A stretch of 64,000 nt of DNA from a virus. Lineage: Duplodnaviria; Caudoviricetes. The translations under genes and the position numbers were made by a program. Where the stretch lies: positions 6,018 to 70,017 of IMG/VR virus record IMGVR_UViG_3300038393_000743. One strand, written 5' to 3'. Below, piece after piece: positions 41,323 through 51,183 of this stretch (position 1 is the first letter of the stretch; each line of letters opens with the position of its first letter). The notes under the pieces were generated by a model, which ran no database searches, was not told the DNA's origin, and saw only the letters and a program-made list of their open reading frames with translations.

Positions 41323-42237
41323 ATGCCTATCGCACTTGCCAGTATCCGGTCCGAGCTGCTGCCGGGACTGTTCGACGTCCGCGGCTCTTACGAGATGATC
41401 CCGCGCCAGTGGGACAAGGTCTTCAAGACCCACAAGTCGGCGATGGCCGTCGAGCGCTCGACCCAGATGGCGTTCGTGGCGCTGCCGTTCCTGAAGGATG
41501 AAGGCGCGGCGACGCAGTTCGACAACAACGCCGGCGAGCGCTTCACCTGGGCGTTCGTGCATATCGAGGTCGCGTTGGGCTACGCGATCACCCGCAAGGC
41601 GATCGACGACAACCTCTACAAGGCCCAGTTCAATCCGACCAACCTGAAGCTCCAGGAAGCGTTCGCGCAGTTCAAGGAGATCCAGGCCGCCAACGTCCTC
41701 AACCTGGGCAACGTCTACAACTCGGCCCAGATCGGCGACGGCAAGGCGCTGTTCGCGACCGACCACCCCTGGGATCAGGGGACCTGGGCCAACACCTCCT
41801 CGACGCCGAAGTCGCTGAACGAATCGAGCCTGCTCGCCGTCATGGCGAACGTGCGCTCGAACTTCGTCAACGAGCGCGGCCTGAAGATCCTGGCCCGCGC
41901 CCGCCGCCTGATCGTCCCGGTCAATCTGCAGCCGGTCGCGATCCGCCTGATGAAGTCGGAGTTGCGGCCCGGCACCGCCGACAACGACGTCAACGCCATC
42001 CTCACGACCTCCGGCGGCCTGCCGGAAGGCTTCCTGGTGATGGACTTCCTGACCTCGAACTATGCGTGGTTCGTCACCACGAACATCGAGGGCCTGATCC
42101 ACATGCTGCGCATTCCCTACGAGAGCGACATGTGGGTCGACAACATCACCGACAACCTGCTGGTCAAGGCCTACGAGCGCTACTCGTTCGGCTACAACGA
42201 CCCGCGCGCGGCCTGGGGCGAGTTCCCGTCCTCGTAA
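41323..42237 (+). CDS. Major capsid protein (HK97-like fold)
   Basis: IRSELLPGL, EVALGYAITRKAIDDNLY, GDGKALF..DHP, ERGLKI, KAYERYSFG; strong codon bias. Confidence 0.9.
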   Translation: MPIALASIRSELLPGLFDVRGSYEMIPRQWDKVFKTHKSAMAVERSTQMAFVALPFLKDEGAATQFDNNAGERFTWAFVHIEVALGYAITRKAIDDNLYKAQFNPTNLKLQEAFAQFKEIQAANVLNLGNVYNSAQIGDGKALFATDHPWDQGTWANTSSTPKSLNESSLLAVMANVRSNFVNERGLKILARARRLIVPVNLQPVAIRLMKSELRPGTADNDVNAILTTSGGLPEGFLVMDFLTSNYAWFVTTNIEGLIHMLRIPYESDMWVDNITDNLLVKAYERYSFGYNDPRAAWGEFPSS

Positions 42238-42278
42238 GGGGCGGGTTCTTCCTTCCACGCAACCCTTGAGGAACGAGC

Positions 42279-42782
42279 ATGGCCGTACAGTCGCAGATCG
42301 TCGCCCCCTTGGTGGGCTCTGGTATCTCCGGGACCGGGTTCGCCGGCCCGGTGGTCTCGGGCAACCATATGGGCCAGAACGCCTCTGGCATCGGCCCGAA
42401 CCTCGGCCTGTCGGTCTGCATGCAGCAGGTGACGCTGAACGCCAACGCAGCCAATGCCGTCAGCGCGACGGCCTATCTGCCGAAGCATTCGGTGCTGATC
42501 GACATCCTGGTCGACACGCTGACCGCCTGGAACAGCGCCACCTCCGACACGCTGTCGGTGGGCACCGCTGCCGCCGGCACTCAGTATGCCGGCTCGGTTG
42601 ACGTCAAGACCGCCGCCGGCCGGATCCGCCCCACCTTCACCGCAGCGCAGCTGTCGGCGATGATGGACACCGGCTCCAACGAGGCGATCGTGGCCACGGT
42701 GACCCCGGTGGGGTCGGCAGCGGCCGGCCAGACCGTGGTGACCTACATCTACGTGCAGACCGTCAACTGGCAGAACCCGTAA
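42279..42782 (+). CDS. Putative head decoration / structural protein
   Basis: GTGFAGPVVSG N-terminus, beta-rich, follows the MCP. Confidence 0.7.
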   Translation: MAVQSQIVAPLVGSGISGTGFAGPVVSGNHMGQNASGIGPNLGLSVCMQQVTLNANAANAVSATAYLPKHSVLIDILVDTLTAWNSATSDTLSVGTAAAGTQYAGSVDVKTAAGRIRPTFTAAQLSAMMDTGSNEAIVATVTPVGSAAAGQTVVTYIYVQTVNWQNP

Positions 42783-42809
42783 CGGGTTTGAGCCGCGCAG
42801 GAGAGAGCG

Positions 42810-43001
42810 ATGCCCGACAAGGTTTCTGGCAACCCGAACGTCTTCAAGGAAGCCAAGCAGCGCAAGAAGGGCGGCAAGGTTTGTGCGCCCGAGGGCGGCA
42901 TGGCCAAAGCCCGCATGGATCGCCCGCGCCGCGCCAGCGGTGGCGGCGTCGGCGCCGACAAGAACCCGTTCTCCTCGGCGCGCCGCGTCTCGAAGGGCTG
43001 A
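42810..43001 (+). CDS. Small basic protein with RKKGG / RASGG motifs
   Basis: 63 aa, AGGAG RBS. Confidence 0.7.
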   Translation: MPDKVSGNPNVFKEAKQRKKGGKVCAPEGGMAKARMDRPRRASGGGVGADKNPFSSARRVSKG

Positions 43002-43008
43002 CAAGACC

Positions 43009-43209
43009 GTGGCGCGGCTCACGTCAAAGGAGCGCAAGGATCTGCCGGCGAAGGATTTCGCCGGCCCAGACCGCTCCTATCCGATCCCCGACGCGAGCCA
43101 CGCCCGCAACGCGCTTTCCCGGGTCAGCCAGTACGGCTATCCGGAATTGAAGGAAAAGGTTCGGGCTGCTGTCCACCGCAAGTTTCCCGGCATCGGGAAG
43201 GGCGACTGA
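43009..43209 (+). CDS. DUF6582-like small basic protein
   Basis: LTSKERKDLPAKDFAGPDRSYPIPDASHARNALSRVSQ. Confidence 0.7.
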   Translation: MARLTSKERKDLPAKDFAGPDRSYPIPDASHARNALSRVSQYGYPELKEKVRAAVHRKFPGIGKGD

Positions 43210-43231
43210 GCGGTCCAATTAGGAGATCGCC

Positions 43232-43549
43232 GTGCCCAACGCCTACAGCGTCACCTTCACCACCACCGGCGCCAAGACCCCCGTCGTCACCGATTATCAG
43301 CAGTCGCCGTTCAATGCCTCGGTGGCCGCGATCATCGCCTCCGGCACCGCGACCTACGGCATCGAGTACACGCTGGATGACCCGGACGGCACTGCTGTGA
43401 CGTGGTTCTCCGACGCCAATCTGCCGCCAGGACAGACCGCCACCGGCGTCTCCAACTACGCCTTCCCCGTGCGCGCGGTCCGCGTCAACATCACGGCCAT
43501 CTCCGGCTCCCTGCGCTTCGTCTTCCTGCAGGGCACGCAGCAGCCATAG
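43232..43549 (+). CDS. Small beta-rich structural protein
   Basis: AGGAG RBS; YGIEYTLDD...FPVRAVRVNIT. Confidence 0.75.
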   Translation: MPNAYSVTFTTTGAKTPVVTDYQQSPFNASVAAIIASGTATYGIEYTLDDPDGTAVTWFSDANLPPGQTATGVSNYAFPVRAVRVNITAISGSLRFVFLQGTQQP

Positions 43550-43558
43550 CGGGGCTCC

Positions 43559-44923
43559 ATGAGCGGCGTTCTCCAGCTCAATGACGGCGTCCAGTTCGGC
43601 GACGGCACGCAGATCACCGGCGCCGGCGTGCAGCTGACGTCGACCTCCATGCTGAATGTCCAGGGGGTTACTCTCAGCGGGTCATCGCTTGGCCCCGTGG
43701 GCAGCACGCAGATCGTGGCGTTCGGAACGGCGAACCCGAATACCGTCAGCACGGCCTCGACAGACGCCGGCCGCTGCCGCATGACCCGCACCGTTCACAA
43801 AACCGGCGGGAAGCCTCTCGCTGAACTCCAACTCGCCCACTGCGCTTATTATGTTGACGTCCCCGGGTCGCCGACCGGCCCAACTGCCGGAACGGAAATC
43901 ACGACCAGCAGCTACACGGTAGAGGCGTCGATCGAGATGCCCGGCGCTCCGATCCCCGGGCCGATCCGCGTGACTTATTCCGCGGCCAATGTCGGCACCT
44001 GCCCCGCCGCCGCGGCTCTTTACCTTAGCGATGCAGTGCCGGCATCTGCTTTCGGGCTAACTTACATCCCGGTGGATACGACTTTTTACGTCAAGAACCA
44101 CATGGTCGTGGCACTGAATGCCACTTGGTCAATCAACAACGTCCTGACGTTGCTTTCAGCAAATGGCGAGGATGGTTATGTCTGTCCCAGCGCCTCTGCC
44201 TCGCAGGTCATGACCCCAGGAATCTTCTCGGCGCCATCTGGCGGCTTTACTTCGGCGGTTCGTCCGCCGCTGCTTGCCGTCCTCGGCAAGCCGTATGGCA
44301 GGATGCGCTCGCTGATCATCATGCAGACGAGCATCGCCGAATACCAGAACGATGTCCTCGGCAACGGCCCGACCTCGGGCGGCTTTGCGGCGCGGGCGGC
44401 ATATTCGGTAAAGGGCCATGCGATGCCGTGGGCCAAGCTGGCGCGCGGCGGCTCCGGCTATCAGACGCTCGCCGCTGGCGGGACCAAGCGCGCTGCGCTC
44501 TACCCATACGCCGATACGTTCCTGATGGACGGCCCGACCAACGACGTATTTTACAGCCGCACAGCCGCTCAAATTGAGGCCGATTTGCAGACGATCTGGG
44601 CGCGCATTGTTGCGGCGCGGCCAGATGCAAAGATCGTGATGGCGAACACCCTGCCGCGCACCACGTCAACCGACAGCTGGGCGACGGAGGCCAACCAGAC
44701 GCCGCGCGCCGGCTTCGAACTCAATGGCGTTGCCGACACGGTCAACGTGTGGCTCGCGACGCAGGTGGGATCAAGTATCGTGGCGTTGGCGGATGTCAGG
44801 GCGTCGTGCCGGGGCGTCGATCCGAACAAGTGGTTGCCGGGCAACACGAACGACGGCACGCATCCGACCGGTGCCCTTGCGGGGATGGCTGCGGTCGCCA
44901 ACGCGGCTCTGGCCGCGCTGTAG
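43559..44923 (+). CDS. Virion-associated SGNH/GDSL hydrolase domain protein
   Basis: Block I MQTSIA, block II ARGGSG, block III GPTNDV, block V DGTHP. Confidence 0.75.
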   Translation: MSGVLQLNDGVQFGDGTQITGAGVQLTSTSMLNVQGVTLSGSSLGPVGSTQIVAFGTANPNTVSTASTDAGRCRMTRTVHKTGGKPLAELQLAHCAYYVDVPGSPTGPTAGTEITTSSYTVEASIEMPGAPIPGPIRVTYSAANVGTCPAAAALYLSDAVPASAFGLTYIPVDTTFYVKNHMVVALNATWSINNVLTLLSANGEDGYVCPSASASQVMTPGIFSAPSGGFTSAVRPPLLAVLGKPYGRMRSLIIMQTSIAEYQNDVLGNGPTSGGFAARAAYSVKGHAMPWAKLARGGSGYQTLAAGGTKRAALYPYADTFLMDGPTNDVFYSRTAAQIEADLQTIWARIVAARPDAKIVMANTLPRTTSTDSWATEANQTPRAGFELNGVADTVNVWLATQVGSSIVALADVRASCRGVDPNKWLPGNTNDGTHPTGALAGMAAVANAALAAL

Positions 44924-44945
44924 GCGGAATGGGGGTCACCGGATC

Positions 44946-46196
44946 ATGAACTTCCTGATTGAGAACGCCGCCATCGCGGCCATCCACCCCGGCGACACCA
45001 TCACCATGCAAAGCTCAGTTGCGGCGGCTGATGCCGCCTCGGCTGGGACCTACCACATTCGTCAGGTCATCATCCGCGCAACTGACAACGTCGTAGTTCA
45101 CGAGCAATATTCCTACGCGCAGCCGATTACCCAGACGCCCAAGCAATTCAGTACAAAGTGGGCCCACAATCTGGCTCTGGGTAACTATCGGTACGGCTGC
45201 TGGGTCTACGATGCAGCCTACTCCATAGTCTCCAAGGGAAGTGCCCAGACCTATAGTGACTTCGCTGTCACGCCGGCGCGGATCCCGCTCTACGGCACCC
45301 ACACCCCGCTGGTGACGCTGCGGCCGGCCGCCGGCGGCGACCCGCTGTCCGGCGGCGGCTTCCTGCCCGACGACGGCAAGACCTATCAGCTGATCCTGGG
45401 CGACGAGTTCGACGGCACCGCGCTCGACCACGCCAAGTGGAAGACCCGCTACATCTACAACAACGGCCAGCTCGACTTCCTCAACGACGAGCTGGAGCGC
45501 TATGTCGACAACCACATCGTCTCGAACGGCACGCTGAAGTTCACGGCGACGCCGCGGCCCGGCACCGCCGGCCACGCACCGTCCGGCAGCATCACCTACC
45601 CGTTGTTCGATTCGTCGATGATCCGATCGGTCACGACGTTCAAGTACGGCTACATCGAAGCGCGCTGCAAGCTGCCCTATGAGCGCGGGGTGTGGCCGGC
45701 GATGTGGCTCAACCCCCAGGTCGGCTGGCCGCCCGAGATCGACATCTTCGAATATGTCGTGACCGGCGTCACCGAGCTGCCGAACATGATCCACCACAAC
45801 GTCCACCGCTCGGCGATGCCGGACGGCAATGGCCGCTACCTCTATGCCGACATCAACGTCAACCAGACCTACGGATATTGGAAGGCGCCGGCCACGCTCG
45901 ACCCGAACTATTTCGGCATCGACTGGCACGTCTATGGCTGCCTGTGGTCACCGGACGGGGTGGTGACGTTCTACATCGACGGCGAGCCGATCGCGGCGCG
46001 CCGCTGCGTCTGGAAGCACGACGACGGCTCGGACGGCGGCATGGCGCATTTCCTGCTCAATCTGGCGATCGGTGGCTCCTGGCCGACCAACAATTGGACG
46101 ACGCCGGTGCCGTCATCGCCGCAGGTGATGGAAACCGACTACGTTCGCGTCTATCAAGACGCGAGCAATATCATCACCGGCACCGCGACGGTTTGA
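44946..46196 (+). CDS. GH16 family glycoside hydrolase with an N-terminal beta-sandwich
   Basis: LILGDEFDG, YIEARCKLP..RGVWPAMWL, catalytic EIDIFE, WHVYGCLW, LNLAIGGSWP, DYVRVYQ. Confidence 0.92.
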   Translation: MNFLIENAAIAAIHPGDTITMQSSVAAADAASAGTYHIRQVIIRATDNVVVHEQYSYAQPITQTPKQFSTKWAHNLALGNYRYGCWVYDAAYSIVSKGSAQTYSDFAVTPARIPLYGTHTPLVTLRPAAGGDPLSGGGFLPDDGKTYQLILGDEFDGTALDHAKWKTRYIYNNGQLDFLNDELERYVDNHIVSNGTLKFTATPRPGTAGHAPSGSITYPLFDSSMIRSVTTFKYGYIEARCKLPYERGVWPAMWLNPQVGWPPEIDIFEYVVTGVTELPNMIHHNVHRSAMPDGNGRYLYADINVNQTYGYWKAPATLDPNYFGIDWHVYGCLWSPDGVVTFYIDGEPIAARRCVWKHDDGSDGGMAHFLLNLAIGGSWPTNNWTTPVPSSPQVMETDYVRVYQDASNIITGTATV

Positions 46197-46206
46197 GAGG
46201 GCGCCC

Positions 46207-46908
46207 ATGGCCAGTTCTGGCACCTATAACTTTTCGGTCTCGAACGGCGAGGTGGTGCTGGCCGCCTATGAGCGCATCAAGATCTTCGCGCCATCGATTC
46301 GAGTCGAGCACATGATGACGGCGCGGCGCGAGCTGAACTTCCTGCTCGCCGAGGCCGCCAACAAGCAGGTCAATCTGTGGAAGGTCGAGAAGGTCTCGGT
46401 GCCGCTGATCAACGGGCAGGCCGAGTATGCCGTCGACGCCAAGACCGTGATGATCTTGGATGCTTGGATCACCACCGGCGTGTCCTCGCCGAGCGACGCC
46501 AACGACATCTACATCGTGCCGGTCTCGCGCACCGAATACGCCTCGTTCGCCAACAAGCTGACGCCGGGGCGGCCGACCTGCTACTGGTTCGACCGCCTGA
46601 TTGCGCCGACGATCACGATGTGGCCGGTGCCGAATCAGAGCAACACCTACACGCTCAATTACTATCGCTGCGTCCAGATGCAGGACGCCAACCTCGCCGG
46701 CGGTGAGACGCCGGACGTGCCGTATCTGTGGCTGGACTGGTTCGTCGCCGGCCTCTCGCACCGGCTGTCGCGGCCCTACGCCACCACCGAGATCGAGAAG
46801 CTGCGCAAGGCCGACGCGGTCGAGGCCTGGACGATCGCGGCGACGCAGAACGTCGAGAACGTGCCGGTGACGATCTCGCCGAACATTGGCTCTTACTATC
46901 GTCGCTAG
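46207..46908 (+). CDS. Head-tail adaptor / tail tubular protein
   Basis: MASSGTYNF...ARRELNFLLAEAANKQVNLWK...SRTEY...GRPT.YWF..R...WPVP. Confidence 0.75.
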   Translation: MASSGTYNFSVSNGEVVLAAYERIKIFAPSIRVEHMMTARRELNFLLAEAANKQVNLWKVEKVSVPLINGQAEYAVDAKTVMILDAWITTGVSSPSDANDIYIVPVSRTEYASFANKLTPGRPTCYWFDRLIAPTITMWPVPNQSNTYTLNYYRCVQMQDANLAGGETPDVPYLWLDWFVAGLSHRLSRPYATTEIEKLRKADAVEAWTIAATQNVENVPVTISPNIGSYYRR

Positions 46909-46930
46909 GCGACCGATGCTATGAGGGGGA

Positions 46931-47146
46931 ATGATCGAGAATTGGCGAGCGGTGGTCGGATACGAGGGACACTACGAAGTCTCTGATCAAGGACGTGTGC
47001 GCAGTCTCGACCGCCTCGTTGAGTTCAAAGATGGGCGCAGCCGGCTGTTCCGTGGCCTTCCTCAGAAAGAGATTGCTGGCTTCTTCGATATTGACCCGAG
47101 CCGTGTGTCGGACATCAAGAACGGTCATCGCTGGGGGCATCTGTGA
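46931..47146 (+). pseudogene. Internally deleted NUMOD4-HNH endonuclease (NUMOD4 fused to HTH, HNH core missing)
   Basis: ENWRAVVGYEGHYEVSDQGRVRSLDR...FRG joined directly to LPQKEIAGFFDIDPSRVSDIKNGHRW. Confidence 0.75.
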
Positions 47147-47505
47147 GCCACCGTCCGCACCCAAAAATGGCCCGAACCAACCCGCGCTCGCCGCGGGGAT
47201 GGGGGACGTGTCAGCGCTGCGGCTTTGTCGGCAATGTTCGGGATTTCGAAACCCAGCATGAATGGGCCGGGCTGCAGCTGATCTCACTCAACCTGCAGGT
47301 CTGCGACACCTGCCTCGACAGGCCGCAGCGCCAGCTGGGCTCGATCGTGCTGTCGCCGGACCCGGAGCCGGTCATGAACGCGCTGCCGGAATCCTACGCC
47401 ATCGACGAATACTGGCCGCGGCTCGTGCAGGGTGGCCAGCCGCGCTATCTGCAGGGCGGGCGGCCGCGCTACCTGCAAGTCCTGAAATATTTCGACACCA
47501 ATTGA
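47143..47505 (+). CDS. Conserved Zn-binding tail-module protein
   Basis: CQRCGF...VCDTCLDRPQRQL...DPEPV. Confidence 0.75.
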   Translation: MSHRPHPKMARTNPRSPRGWGTCQRCGFVGNVRDFETQHEWAGLQLISLNLQVCDTCLDRPQRQLGSIVLSPDPEPVMNALPESYAIDEYWPRLVQGGQPRYLQGGRPRYLQVLKYFDTN

Positions 47506-47515
47506 GGGGGCATCT

Positions 47516-48037
47516 GTGAGCGTCAACCCAATCACGCCGGATGTCTTCCAGGGCGGCCAGATGACGGACCTGCCGGTGTTCTCCGGCACGCTCGACGGTA
47601 CCGAGCTGATGGAGATCGTGGCGGCGCCGGCCGGCCAGACCAACGAGGCTGCCGGCGTCAATTACCAGATCACCACCAGTCAGCTCGCGGCGCTCCTTAG
47701 CGCGCTCAGCCTTCATGCGGTGATCATCCGCACTGGACAATATTCAACCATCGGCAATCCGTATGTGCCGGGACCGACAATCAGCCGCATCTATGTCGAC
47801 AAGACGATTGCCGAGCCGACCTACATCTCGATGAACATGGCGAGTACTTATTTCGTCGAGCCTCTGGTAAAGGACATCGCCGGCACCGCAGACGCTTTGG
47901 GTAACGGCATCACGGTGACCTTCACCGGAGGCGAAGTAGCGGACACCTACGCCACCATTCCGATCACGACGCCCTTCGGGGGCTACTTCTTCCGGCCGAT
48001 CGCCGCGATAAACAGTTGGACGCTTGGGAGCGCATGA
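47516..48037 (+). CDS. Tail-associated protein
   Basis: QMTDLPVFSGTLDGTELMEIV N-terminus; position before the tailspike. Confidence 0.65.
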   Translation: MSVNPITPDVFQGGQMTDLPVFSGTLDGTELMEIVAAPAGQTNEAAGVNYQITTSQLAALLSALSLHAVIIRTGQYSTIGNPYVPGPTISRIYVDKTIAEPTYISMNMASTYFVEPLVKDIAGTADALGNGITVTFTGGEVADTYATIPITTPFGGYFFRPIAAINSWTLGSA

Positions 48038-51000
48038 TGAAGTTGCTTCGTTCTATCCTGGTTGGGCTCGCGCTTGCGGTCTCGTTTTGCGGGCCGGCCA
48101 AGGCACAGTGCGGAACTTCGGCGCCACCGAACAAGTTCTGCGGCAATGACAGCGGTTCTTCCGCGCTCGCGACTTGGAAGTCGATCCCTCCTGGCGCGCT
48201 GTCGCCGATCGGGGGCGGCACGATTCTCGGCAACCGCACCACGGCCTCGGCGGCGCCGACGGCTCTCACCAATCCCGTGCTCGGTATCCCGGGCACGTCG
48301 ACCGGCCAAATCGGGCTGGCCGGCTCTGGCTCGGGGACGTCGACCCTTGTTGCCCAGTCCGCCGCCGGAGGTTCGGTGCTGCAATTGCCGACCGGCTCGG
48401 GCACGCTGGCGTCGAGCGCCACCAGCCCGCTGGTGCTGGATTCCGTGCTCGGCACCTTGTCGTGTCCGACGTGCCTTCCCATGGTGACGGCCTACGGCGC
48501 GTCCGGGTCGGCCAGCACGACCACCGGCTCGATCACCTCCGGCAGCACCTCCCTGTCGCTGTCGAGCGCGCTCGATTTTGCCAACGGCCAGGGCGTGGTG
48601 GTCCTGAATGCGGGACCGGCGACCAGCATCGGCGCCTCGTGTCTCACCGCGCTCGCGTCCATCAACGGGTCCGGCAGCACCAGCTACACCTATCGCGTCG
48701 AGGGCCGCGACAACAATGGCGGCGTCACCGCCGCTGGCTGCACGGCGACGCTCGCTACGGGTGTCGCGACGCTCGGCACCTATCAGGCCGGCACCGCCGG
48801 CATCACGATGAACCAAGTGTCCTGGACCACCGGGACAAATGCGATGTGCACGCTGGTGTGGCGCAGCAAGAACGGGGGCGCGTTTCAGCTGCTTGGCTGC
48901 TTCACCGGCACCAGCATTTACGACACGGGATTGCCCGCCCAGACCATCCTGGGGGCGCCGGCGACCCCGCCCAGCTCGCCGCTCGCCAACTGGTTGGCCA
49001 CCACCATCGTGTCCGGGGCCCACACCACCACCCTCACACTGGCGGCCCCGGCCTCGACGACGGTGTCGGGCGCGATCGTGCAGCACGATGACACCGCGGC
49101 AATTACGGCCGCCTTCGCGGCCAACACGGCGGTCTCTTTTCCTGCCGGGACCTATACCGTTCGAGGCCTGCAGATTCCCTCGACGGTGCGCGCGGTCGTC
49201 GGCGCCGGCGGCGGCCAGTCGCAGATCATCGCGATCGCCCAGACCACCGATGGCTTGGCGTCGGGGGTGTCGGCCTCGATGGCGAATGGAACGTTTCGGA
49301 TGACCGGCATGGTCATCACGGCCCAGCCTGGAATGTCTTTTAACGGCTTCACGTTGAACCAGGGCGTGGGCTCCTATATCGGCGAGAACACCTTCAGCGG
49401 CGCCAAGGCGCTGGTGAATTTGTCGTCCTACCAGACGGTGATGGCCAACAATCACGTCAGCAGCTGGTGGAATATCGGCATCTACGACGTCAGCACCTAC
49501 TCGCTGATCACTGGCAACACGATCGGAAACATCGCGGGTCAGGTCGGCGCCGTGGCGATCACGGCGACGCCGGTGGGTAGCAACTACCAGTACAGCAGCG
49601 CCATCTGGACCGACTACAATGCGGTAGGCGCCTTGGTGATCGGCAACACGATCGACCAGCAGGGCGGCTCGTTCGGGATCGGCGCCCAGAGCATCGGCGC
49701 ATCGACGATTGGCAACGACATCAAGTATACCGGCCGAGAGTGCATTGCGTCCGGTGTTCACTCGAACACCAAGACGTCGGCCAATCGCTGCTTCTGGAAC
49801 GTCAACGGCAACGGAGCTACGTCTGGATACGACTTCGGCATCTCCGTCACCGATGATGGCGTCAATCCGGTCGTCAACACCTCCGTCTCCGACAACCACC
49901 TCATCAACCCCGGGTTTTCCGGAGTTGGCATCTACGGCAACGGCGGCGCCAATTCCTACACCAACACCAGCGTGTTCGGGAACGTGATCTCGGGCGCCAA
50001 TCAGGTCGCTGGCGGGCCGCCCTGTGGGATCGAGATCTCGGGCAGCAACGTGTCCGGCGTGATCGTAGCGTCCAACACGCTGCAGTCGGTGACCGCCAAC
50101 ACCACCTACAATGTCTGCGAGCACAACGAGGGCCAAGGCACGCCCGACAATAACGTGTTCCGCCTGCCGATGGGGCCTGCGGGCTCAAGCGGCATGGTGG
50201 GGTTGATCGGGGCCAACAGCCGCTATCAGGTGTTCCCGAGCGTCTCCGGGACCGTGGCGACCGAAGAGGGGGTGGAGACCCTTAGCAACAAGACCTTGGC
50301 AACCCCGGTCTTTACCTACGGCACCGGCGCCAGCAGCACGATCAACGCGATCTCCACCAACACCGGCTTTTCCAACAACCTGATCTCTCAGAACAACGGA
50401 ACGGCCAGCAACAGCGGCACGATTGCCACCACGGCGGCGACGCTTACCGCGATTGCCAACGGCTATCTTCAGATGGTTGTGCAGGGCGGCGCCACGCCAT
50501 CCGCGCAGCTTGCCAGCGGCGCCGGGCTGACCGGCGGTCTCACCATCTCGGCGGGCGCCGGCACGCTGACGCTGACCAACCCGGCGCTGGGAACGCCGGT
50601 CTCCGGCGTTGCCACCAACCTGACCGGCACGGCTGCCGGTCTGACGGCGGGCAACGCCACCCTCGCTGCCAGCGCCACCAAGCTCGCCACCGCCCGGGCG
50701 ATCGGCATCGGTGGCTCGACCGGCCTCACCGCAACGGGTGTAAACTTCGACGGCACCGCCGCGATTACGCCGACGCTCACCGGCACCCTGGCGGTCGCCA
50801 ACGGCGGCACCGGCAACACCGGCGGCGCCTTCTCGACCTACTCGCCGACGGTAAGTTGTGGCCAGTCCACCGGCACCGCCGTCTGCACGGGACAGGGCCG
50901 CTACCAGCAGATTGGCAAGCTGATCAATCTGACGGTGACGATCACCATCTCCGGCACCTTCACCGGCGGCGTCATCAACAATGTCGCCCTTCCGGTGCAG

Positions 51001-51183
51001 GCAACGGGAGGATCTGGAGGCACATTTATATTTACCGGCCGCGAAACCGCCGTCTCGGGGGCGCCGTGGTGGGGTTCGATGGCGGCAAATGCCACGACCA
51101 TGGGAATCACGAACGTATCGAACACCAATTCGATCACCACGGGCTGGTCGATCACTTTGACCGGATGGTATGAGGCGCAATAA
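48034..51183 (+). CDS. Tailspike / depolymerase with pectate-lyase-like beta-helix and apparent N-terminal signal peptide
   Basis: HDDTAAITAAF...VSFPAGTY.V entry motif, Asn/Gly-rich helix repeats; MMKLLRSILVGLALAVSFCGPAKA-Q. Confidence 0.85.
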   Translation: MMKLLRSILVGLALAVSFCGPAKAQCGTSAPPNKFCGNDSGSSALATWKSIPPGALSPIGGGTILGNRTTASAAPTALTNPVLGIPGTSTGQIGLAGSGSGTSTLVAQSAAGGSVLQLPTGSGTLASSATSPLVLDSVLGTLSCPTCLPMVTAYGASGSASTTTGSITSGSTSLSLSSALDFANGQGVVVLNAGPATSIGASCLTALASINGSGSTSYTYRVEGRDNNGGVTAAGCTATLATGVATLGTYQAGTAGITMNQVSWTTGTNAMCTLVWRSKNGGAFQLLGCFTGTSIYDTGLPAQTILGAPATPPSSPLANWLATTIVSGAHTTTLTLAAPASTTVSGAIVQHDDTAAITAAFAANTAVSFPAGTYTVRGLQIPSTVRAVVGAGGGQSQIIAIAQTTDGLASGVSASMANGTFRMTGMVITAQPGMSFNGFTLNQGVGSYIGENTFSGAKALVNLSSYQTVMANNHVSSWWNIGIYDVSTYSLITGNTIGNIAGQVGAVAITATPVGSNYQYSSAIWTDYNAVGALVIGNTIDQQGGSFGIGAQSIGASTIGNDIKYTGRECIASGVHSNTKTSANRCFWNVNGNGATSGYDFGISVTDDGVNPVVNTSVSDNHLINPGFSGVGIYGNGGANSYTNTSVFGNVISGANQVAGGPPCGIEISGSNVSGVIVASNTLQSVTANTTYNVCEHNEGQGTPDNNVFRLPMGPAGSSGMVGLIGANSRYQVFPSVSGTVATEEGVETLSNKTLATPVFTYGTGASSTINAISTNTGFSNNLISQNNGTASNSGTIATTAATLTAIANGYLQMVVQGGATPSAQLASGAGLTGGLTISAGAGTLTLTNPALGTPVSGVATNLTGTAAGLTAGNATLAASATKLATARAIGIGGSTGLTATGVNFDGTAAITPTLTGTLAVANGGTGNTGGAFSTYSPTVSCGQSTGTAVCTGQGRYQQIGKLINLTVTITISGTFTGGVINNVALPVQATGGSGGTFIFTGRETAVSGAPWWGSMAANATTMGITNVSNTNSITTGWSITLTGWYEAQ

